From the NCBI GenBank assembly GCA_947444055.1, contig CANEYR010000005.1:20697-84696 (forward strand): a stretch of DNA of 64,000 bases, written 5' to 3'. Origin of the DNA: Planctomycetota bacterium. Lineage in GTDB: Bacteria > Planctomycetota > UBA1135 > UBA2386. A program made the translations under genes and the position numbers. Under the pieces are notes generated by a model. It was given only the letters and a program-made list of their open reading frames with translations, was not told the origin of the DNA and did no database searches. This document shows, piece after piece, positions 57,438 through 64,000 of the stretch; position 1 is the stretch's first letter; every line of letters starts with the position of its first letter.

Positions 57438-60413
57438 CTACAGCGCGAGCGTCATGCGCACCCAGTTCGTCAGTTCGCGTTCGGCGGTGCCGCTCGCGTC
57501 GAGTGTGAAGCCGGCGAAGTACAGCGGCCAGCCGGCTAGGAACGGCAGATACGGCACGAACAAGGTCGGGCTCGCCGTTCCCGTCGCACTCAAGGTGCCG
57601 TTGAACGACACGAAGAACGGGCTCGCCGGGTCGAGGCTCGCCTCCAGCAGGAAGCCAAAGTTCAACGGCAGCAGGCCGCCAAGTGGCAGCGTGACGCCTG
57701 GCGAGAAGCCCTCGCTGCAACACACCATGTAGGGTCGGCCGGCTTCGCTCGGCATGGCCAACAGCATTGGGGTTGCTTGCCCAAGGGTGGCGATGGCGGG
57801 GCCACGCAACGGTTGGCTGTCGAGCAAGAACGACAGGCTCTGCTGCATGAGCTGGGCGCGCGCGGCCGCGCTGGTGATGGTCTCGATCGGCAGGCCGAAG
57901 GTGACGACGCGGGCGCCGGTAGCCGGGTCGTGCCGTTGCACGCCCGCACCAAGGCCATTGCTGTAGCGCAGGCACAGCGTGCTGTTGGCGTTGGTCGGCA
58001 CCAACACATCGGCGTAGTTGACGTCGTAGGTGCCGAAGGTGCCGTTGTCGAAACTGCTGGCAGGCAGGCCTGCACTGATGGTTGCCGCCAAGCCCGCTTG
58101 CAGCGCGTAGACCCCGGCATCGTCGGCGACGTAGGTCGCGCCGAGCACGTTGCGATAGAACGCGCGATCGCCCGCGGAACCCTGCGCGTCGAGGTCCCAG
58201 CCGACTTCGGCGCCACTGACGAGCAGGCTGCCGCCCGCGTTCAAGTAACCCGTCACCAAGGCTTGCTCGATGCCGCCGAACGACTCATCGACGGTGCTCT
58301 CTTCCCCGAGCGACCACACGACGGCTTGGTAGTTGGGCAGCTGCACGCGCAGCAACTGCACGGCTTCGTTGCTGGCGGCGTCGAAGCCGAGCGACACGTT
58401 GGCAAAGCTCCGCAGCCCGTCGCCGAACAGCCGCAGGTAGTCGCGGGTGTTCTCGGGCCCCTTGACGTTGCGATCGAGGCGATCGAAACCCTGCACCAGC
58501 AGCACCTGTGCTTCGCCGAGATGGTCCGTGCCCGCCGTCATCACTTCACTCGCGAACGAGCGGCCAGTCGCATTCCATGCTCGCACGCGGAACGACTTGG
58601 TGGTGTGGTGGGGCAAGGGCCCCGTCGACCACTGGTTGGTCGTGACCGACGCCACCTGCACGAAGCCCTTGCCGTCGTTCGCTTGTTCGATCGTGTAACT
58701 GCTGGCCGCCGCCACCAGATCCCAGGCGACGCGCAAGCCGCGAGCGCCGTCTTGCACGACGCGCAGCGCAGTCGGCGGTTCGGGCGGGAACGGCGCGGTC
58801 GGCGCGAAGTAGCGCAGCACCCCGCGGGCATAGGCGCGCGCGGCCAGGTAGCGAAACTCGGGTTCGTGCAGCGAAGTGTGGTCGAGTGAACCTGGCGTGT
58901 CGTGGAAGGCGAGTTCGACCAGGATGCCAGGCATCGTCGACAGCAGGCGCACTTCACCAAAGTTCGCACCCTGCTGGCCGCGGTCGACCCAGGCTGGGTT
59001 CCAGAACGTTTGCAGGTCGCTGACGAGTTGCGTGTGCACGGCTTGGCTCAACGCCGACGATCCCGCCGTCGCCCCGCCGCTGTAGATGAACGTGTCGGTG
59101 CCGGCCCCGCCGCCAGCGTTGGTATGCAGCGAGACAAAGGCATCCGCCGTGCGCCATTCGGCGAATCGTGGCCGGGCGGTGACGTCGTCGTCGTTGTCCT
59201 GGCCGCCCGGCGTGTTGTCCCACACGCTGCTCGGCGCGCCGGCATATTGCGCCCAGTAGCGCGCACATTCTTTCCATCGCAGTTGGTTGCTGGTGGTGCC
59301 GCCGCGCACCAAGGAACCGAGGCCACCACCGAGGCGAACGGTGTCGGCGATGCACACGCCCGCATTGCTCGACAGGTTGCTCAAGGTGATGCGCGCGCCC
59401 TGGGCTTGGCCAAACCAGAAGTTGCCGATGTGCGCCCAGGTGAGGTTGTCGAGGGTTTGGTCGACGACCGCGGTGCTGATGCCGCCCGTGTGTTCGATGC
59501 GATAGGTCGCGGCGGTGGTGCGGTTGGCACTGGCGCGAAAGCTGAGGAACACCGGGTAGAGGCCGTCCTTCGTCACCGGGATCGTCCAGGTCGCGGTCGC
59601 CGTCTCGTTGGCGGCGTTGCTGCTGACATAGCGATAGCCGAGGCCGTTGTAGCCAGACGATGCCGACGTGGTCCAGCTGCCGGTCTCGGTGTAACCAGGC
59701 GCGCCGTTGTCATTGTCGACGAGGCCATCGACGTGCACTTCACCGTGCTCGCGCGCCATGACGACGTCCGCGCCCAGGTTGTGCAGGAACGGAATCAGGT
59801 ACTGGTTGCAGATCTCGGCGGTGTGGATGTCCTCGGTGAGTCCGTCGATGACGCCGCGCTGCGTCGTCCAACCCAGCGTGCTGTGCCAGTAGTAGCCGTG
59901 GCCTGGAGAGACCGCGATGCGCTTGCCGCTGAGCGCGCCAAAGGGCAGGGTGAGTCCGGCCATCGTCGTCGGCTTGTTCGCCGGTGTTGCGATGGGGCCC
60001 TGTTCGCCGAGGGCCGTGCGCAGGTCCTGTTCGGTGCCGTCTGGGAAGCGAATGGCGATCTGCACGGAGGTGACGCCTGGGGCCCGCAACGTCGTCTTGT
60101 CGATCTGCTCGATCGCGTGTTCGCGCGAGCAACCCAGCGCCACGGTCAGCAGCGTCGGATCGAAGACGAGGCGAACGGTGGCGCCGTTGAGTTGGCACGC
60201 GAGCAGCTGCGTGCCGGGCGGCACATGGCTGGTGTAACCAGCGTTGCTTTCGCTTGGCGTCGGGCCAGCACACAGATGCTGGATGGCAGCGGCCACGTTG
60301 CTGTGCAGCGGCGGCACCGCGGCGAGGTTGTGCTGGCGGCAGAACAGCACTTCTTGCGCGTGGGTCGTCGCGGCAGCGATGGCGATGGTGAGTAGAAGGC
60401 GAGCACTGCGCAT
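57438..60413 (-). CDS. Secreted multidomain N-acetylmuramoyl-L-alanine amidase (Amidase_3) with GerMN-like, carbohydrate-binding-like, FN3 and shared C-terminal domains
   Basis: Zn/catalytic motifs SPGHG, TEDI, VSLHTNA, LVELAFHD; insert 'VDNDN...YTETGSW..S'; FN3 'PPTALRV...VAW..V..ASSY...FRVRAWN'. Confidence 0.85.
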   Translation of the reverse strand: MRSARLLLTIAIAAATTHAQEVLFCRQHNLAAVPPLHSNVAAAIQHLCAGPTPSESNAGYTSHVPPGTQLLACQLNGATVRLVFDPTLLTVALGCSREHAIEQIDKTTLRAPGVTSVQIAIRFPDGTEQDLRTALGEQGPIATPANKPTTMAGLTLPFGALSGKRIAVSPGHGYYWHSTLGWTTQRGVIDGLTEDIHTAEICNQYLIPFLHNLGADVVMAREHGEVHVDGLVDNDNGAPGYTETGSWTTSASSGYNGLGYRYVSSNAANETATATWTIPVTKDGLYPVFLSFRASANRTTAATYRIEHTGGISTAVVDQTLDNLTWAHIGNFWFGQAQGARITLSNLSSNAGVCIADTVRLGGGLGSLVRGGTTSNQLRWKECARYWAQYAGAPSSVWDNTPGGQDNDDDVTARPRFAEWRTADAFVSLHTNAGGGAGTDTFIYSGGATAGSSALSQAVHTQLVSDLQTFWNPAWVDRGQQGANFGEVRLLSTMPGILVELAFHDTPGSLDHTSLHEPEFRYLAARAYARGVLRYFAPTAPFPPEPPTALRVVQDGARGLRVAWDLVAAASSYTIEQANDGKGFVQVASVTTNQWSTGPLPHHTTKSFRVRAWNATGRSFASEVMTAGTDHLGEAQVLLVQGFDRLDRNVKGPENTRDYLRLFGDGLRSFANVSLGFDAASNEAVQLLRVQLPNYQAVVWSLGEESTVDESFGGIEQALVTGYLNAGGSLLVSGAEVGWDLDAQGSAGDRAFYRNVLGATYVADDAGVYALQAGLAATISAGLPASSFDNGTFGTYDVNYADVLVPTNANSTLCLRYSNGLGAGVQRHDPATGARVVTFGLPIETITSAAARAQLMQQSLSFLLDSQPLRGPAIATLGQATPMLLAMPSEAGRPYMVCCSEGFSPGVTLPLGGLLPLNFGFLLEASLDPASPFFVSFNGTLSATGTASPTLFVPYLPFLAGWPLYFAGFTLDASGTAERELTNWVRMTLAL

Positions 60414-60604
60414 CGCGACAGGCTACGCGCTACCGCCCCGACAGCCGAGGGGTGGCCCAGGGCAACCCAAAGAGTGCGCACTGCACACGGCTGCCAAGGA
60501 CGGGGGGATACCTTCCCACTCGCGTCGATAGCAGCGCGGCGATGCCCTCGCGGCGCCCGTCGGTGCGTTATCGCGTCAGCAGCAGTAGCCTGTCGCTCCT
60601 GTCC

Positions 60605-61076
60605 ATGCTTCGCGGCCTATTGCATCTCGCGTTATTCCTCGCCGCGCTGTTTGCGACGGCGGCGGGCCTGCGGTCCCTCGATCCGATGCCGTTTTGGGGC
60701 TGGATGCGGTCTAAGGTTGCGCACGTCCACCAACATGGCGGTGACTGGCTGTCCGACCAGAACGTCGCGATGCACACCCTTGGCCAGTTTGTGTCGCGCT
60801 GCCAGACCGCTGTCATGAGCCGCCACTCGGTGCTTGAGCGGACCGAGCAGTTGCTGTTTGTGGGCTTGCACACGCTGGCAACTTCTGGTGAACGAGCTGC
60901 TGCGGATTGCCGCCAGGCAAGGCCGGGTCAGCTCAGTGAGTTCGGCCAAAAGTACGAGGTGCGTGGTAGTCTGCTCGGACCCTCAGGGCGTGCTGCAGCT
61001 GGCCTCCGTCTGGATCGTGCTGTCAGGCCAGTGCGAGCCGAGGTTCATCACAGCATTCCCGGATGATCGAACATGA
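60605..61076 (+). pseudogene. Chimeric relic: truncated membrane-anchored N-terminus plus frameshifted DUF6883-like fragment
   Basis: 'RWQLLVNELLRIA' (frame A), 'SEFGQKYEVRGSLLGPSGR' (frame B) and 'SVWIVLSGQCEPRFITAFP' (frame A) together resemble the DUF6883 C-terminal half; stop overlaps the next ATG. Confidence 0.6.
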
Positions 61077-61306
61077 GACACCAAGTGATGGACATCGTCG
61101 TTCTCGATCGCGACGTGCCAGAGCATGGTCTGCGAGCTGGCGACCTGGGCGCGGTGGTCGAGGTCTACGGTAGCGATGGGTTGGAGGTGGAGTTCGTGAC
61201 GGCCAGTGGCGCCACGGCGGCAGTGATCACGATCAAGGAAGGCGATATGCGCTCGGTCGCCGCGGGAGACCTGCTGTCCGTTCGGCGCCTTGGGCGTTCA
61301 GCCTGA
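61073..61306 (+). CDS. DUF4926-like small protein
   Basis: 'DIVVLDRDVPEHGLRAGDLGAVVEVY...LEVEFV..SG.T.AV' family pattern. Confidence 0.82.
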   Translation: MRHQVMDIVVLDRDVPEHGLRAGDLGAVVEVYGSDGLEVEFVTASGATAAVITIKEGDMRSVAAGDLLSVRRLGRSA

Positions 61307-61394
61307 CCTCGTCGGCCCGCAAGCACGAACGGCGCCGCCGCCGCCGCATCGCCATCGAGTTGTGCGAGTAAGGCGGCTCGGCTCGAATGCCTTG

Positions 61395-62186
61395 ATGCGC
61401 GTTTCGTTGCCGATGCTCTCGTTGCTGTTCGCTGCGTCATGCGCCACCGAGCCGACGGACGCCGCGCCGACCGTTCGCCTCACGCACTTGCGCGGCCCGC
61501 TGTGGATCGCTGAAGACACCTTCTTCGCACCCGAGAACTCGATGGTCTACGTCGGCGAACGCGACGTCACCGTGATCGGGGCAACGTGGACGCCACACAC
61601 CGCGCAGCTCTTGCACGAACGCATTGCTGAGATCACGCCATTGCCGGTGCGCCAGGTGCTGCTGACCAACTACCACCAAGACCGGTCTGGTGGCACGGCC
61701 TACTGGCGCCGCATCGGGGCTGCGGTGCTGGCGACGCGACGCACCGAGAAGTTGCTTGAGCTGCACTGGGATCGCCTGATCAGGGACATCCGCACCACGT
61801 TTCCCGACTACCCGGTACTGCCGCTCGTGCATGCCTCGCAGTCGATCGCCGAGGATACGCACCTGCAAGATGGTGGGATCCGCACGCTGTACCTCGGTCC
61901 GTCGCACACCGAGGACGGGCTGTTCGTGTACTTCCCCGCGCAGCGAGTGCTCTACGGCGGTTGCATCCTGAAGGAGCAGATCGGCAACCTCGATAGTGCC
62001 AACGTGAAGGAGTACCCGCGCACGCTGCGCCGCTTGGTTGCCCTTGGCTTGCCGTTCGATTGCATCGTCTCCGGCCACTGGACGCCGGTGCATGGTCCGG
62101 AGCTGATCGACACGTACCTGCAGCTGCTAGCCAGCCGGGAAGATGCGACCGGTGCCGAGAGCGGCCGCAGCACGCCCGCGCGGTAG
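61395..62186 (+). CDS. Subclass B2 metallo-beta-lactamase (CphA/Sfh-I-like), probable lipoprotein
   Basis: ENSMVY, IGATWTP.TA, TNYHQDRSGG (NxHxD), GPSHTEDG, YGGCILKE.IGNL, SGH..PVHGPELID; lipobox-like FAASC. Confidence 0.88.
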   Translation: MRVSLPMLSLLFAASCATEPTDAAPTVRLTHLRGPLWIAEDTFFAPENSMVYVGERDVTVIGATWTPHTAQLLHERIAEITPLPVRQVLLTNYHQDRSGGTAYWRRIGAAVLATRRTEKLLELHWDRLIRDIRTTFPDYPVLPLVHASQSIAEDTHLQDGGIRTLYLGPSHTEDGLFVYFPAQRVLYGGCILKEQIGNLDSANVKEYPRTLRRLVALGLPFDCIVSGHWTPVHGPELIDTYLQLLASREDATGAESGRSTPAR

Positions 62187-62291
62187 CACTCATACGAACC
62201 GTGACAGAGTGACGACACATTCGCCGCCTGCCACGCGCAGGGATCTGGCAGACTGCGATCCTTCCGCGGCGTTCACCGCCGAATCCCACCT

Positions 62292-64000
62292 ATGCGCTCA
62301 CCTCTCTCTGCGGCTGTCGCCGTGCTCTTCCTGCTCCCTGTGCTGTCGGCGCAAGGCGCGCTCAGCGCTCCTTGCTTCGTCAGCAGCTTCGGCACCAACC
62401 TTGCCCTCACCGACGACTCTGTGAGCCAGGGCGTGCCCCTCGGCTTCGCGTTCCCTCGCCCCGGTGGCGGCAGCGTCACGGCGATCAGCATCAGCAGCAA
62501 CGGCTTCGTTTGGCTTGGCATCAACGGCGACTCCGGGTGTTGCATCGGTGACCCGAACAAGTTGCTGACGCAGATGTCGCGCGTGGCGCCGATGTGGATG
62601 GACCTCAATCCAAGCGTCGGCGGCGCCGTGTGGTTCAACTCGCTGCCGGCCAGCGGCTCGACGCCAGCGAGCGCGATCGTGACCTGGGACAGCGTGCCCG
62701 AGTTTCCAAGCCAAGGCGCGTTGACGTTCCAACTGCAGCTCTTCGCCGACGGCTCGGTGTTGATGTTCTTCGACGCCAACGCGACGAACAGCAACCACAC
62801 GGTGTTGACCGGCATCAGTGAAGGCACCAACGCCATTGCCAACTTCGTCGACATCTCGAGCACAGCTGGCGCCCCGCACGATAGTGGCACCAACCCCACG
62901 GTCTTCGAGCACCAGTCGTTCGGCTTCGATCTGGCCGCCAGCGCCTACACCTTCGTGCCGAATGGCCAAGGCGGTTACCTCGTGACGCAGAAGGCGGGCT
63001 GCACGTTCGCCGGTTCGGTGCCGTTTGGCCGCGGCTGCCCAAAACCAGTGACGGTCTACGAACTGTTCACCGCGACCAACCAGCTTGACCTCTCGAACAC
63101 CGCGATCGAGTTCACGCCTACGGGGGCTGGCGCCTACGTAGCCATCCAACAGCCGGGTTTCTTCAGCGGCTACACCAATGTGCAGGTGTTCGCCGACGAC
63201 GATTCGCACGGACCGTTCAACCTGCCATTCACGTTCCCCTACCCCGGCGGCAGCACGAACGCGATCGACATCAGCAGCAACGGGTTCGTCTGGCTGCAAG
63301 CCGGCAACCCCAACTCGCGCTGCTGCAACGGCGATTCGTTCCAGTTCGTGAGCGACCCCGCCAGCATCGCGGTGTTATGGCAGGATCTCTATCCGCCGGG
63401 TGTGGCGCTTGGTGATGGCGTGTTCTTCGATGTGGTGGGGACGACGGAAGCACACATCACGTGGGTCAACGTGCCCGAGTTCTTCAACGTCGGTAGCAAT
63501 ACGTGCCAGATCACTCTGCGCAGCAACGGCAGCTTTCGGCTGTCCTGGGGCAATGTCGCGAACATCAGCCACGACGCGATCGTTGGCATCAGTGACGGCT
63601 TTGGCTCCTCGGTCCCTGGCTCGATCGACTTCAGCGCCGGTCCGTTCGTCACCGGCAACGGCGGCATCCCGCTGCGGTTGGGGGCGCAGGCTGGTTCGCG
63701 ACCTGGACTCGGCCAGACCTTCACGATGGAGGTTGACCAGATCACGGCCGGTTCGTTGGCTGGCTTCATGGTGTTCGGGGCCACGTCGTTCCCGAACGGC
63801 ATCGACCTGAGCGGCATCGGCATGGTTGGCTGCGAGCTCTACGTCTCGCTGGATTCCCTGCTGTCCTTCCCGCTCGTCGGCACGCCGACCCCATTTGCGA
63901 TCGCGGTGCCCGCGACCCCTGGCCTGATCGGCACCGTGTTCCACGCGCAGGCGGCAACCCTGACGCCAGGGGCGACGGCGCTGAACCTGCTGTCCTCGAA
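62292..64000 (+). CDS. Secreted protein with two nidogen (NIDO)-like repeats and shared C-terminal domain (runs off window end)
   Basis: Manual translation from ATG 62292: MRSPLSAAVAVLFLLPVLSAQ; duplicated 'F.FP.PGG...AI.ISSNGFVWL...CC.GD...W.DL.P' unit. Absent from the ORF track because no stop lies in the window. Confidence 0.8.
   Translation, partial: MRSPLSAAVAVLFLLPVLSAQGALSAPCFVSSFGTNLALTDDSVSQGVPLGFAFPRPGGGSVTAISISSNGFVWLGINGDSGCCIGDPNKLLTQMSRVAPMWMDLNPSVGGAVWFNSLPASGSTPASAIVTWDSVPEFPSQGALTFQLQLFADGSVLMFFDANATNSNHTVLTGISEGTNAIANFVDISSTAGAPHDSGTNPTVFEHQSFGFDLAASAYTFVPNGQGGYLVTQKAGCTFAGSVPFGRGCPKPVTVYELFTATNQLDLSNTAIEFTPTGAGAYVAIQQPGFFSGYTNVQVFADDDSHGPFNLPFTFPYPGGSTNAIDISSNGFVWLQAGNPNSRCCNGDSFQFVSDPASIAVLWQDLYPPGVALGDGVFFDVVGTTEAHITWVNVPEFFNVGSNTCQITLRSNGSFRLSWGNVANISHDAIVGISDGFGSSVPGSIDFSAGPFVTGNGGIPLRLGAQAGSRPGLGQTFTMEVDQITAGSLAGFMVFGATSFPNGIDLSGIGMVGCELYVSLDSLLSFPLVGTPTPFAIAVPATPGLIGTVFHAQAATLTPGATALNLLSS

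Overview
High-GC bacterial chromosomal window with no CRISPR, rRNA or tRNA seen. Its gene content (sulfatase, many secreted proteins sharing a C-terminal domain, lpxA, TonB receptor) suggests a diderm lineage such as an uncultured Planctomycetota; this taxonomy is inference only. Housekeeping and metabolic content: M17 and S9 peptidases, an 11-subunit complex I-like operon (nuoABCDHIJKLMN, no nuoEFG), a Tat-exported PaoABC-like molybdo-flavoenzyme with a small Cys-rich partner, Lhr and PcrA helicases, ssb, glnS, a SAM-I riboswitch ahead of hom-metX-metB, lpxA and an SSS symporter. Most notable observations: (1) a divergent actin-fold ATPase resembling haloarchaeal volactin, paired with a coiled-coil protein and converging on a multidomain peptidoglycan amidase; (2) a ~110-130 aa C-terminal domain shared by four unrelated secreted proteins, a candidate sorting or anchoring module; (3) a CphA-like subclass B2 metallo-beta-lactamase lipoprotein; (4) a UxxC selenoprotein split in the ORF track, with a SECIS-like hairpin; (5) an Rpn gene with an internal RBS and ATG for an intragenic antitoxin; (6) a sigma54 activator with no HTH or regulatory domain, coupled to pcrA. 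All family calls are from motif recognition by eye; no database searches were run.
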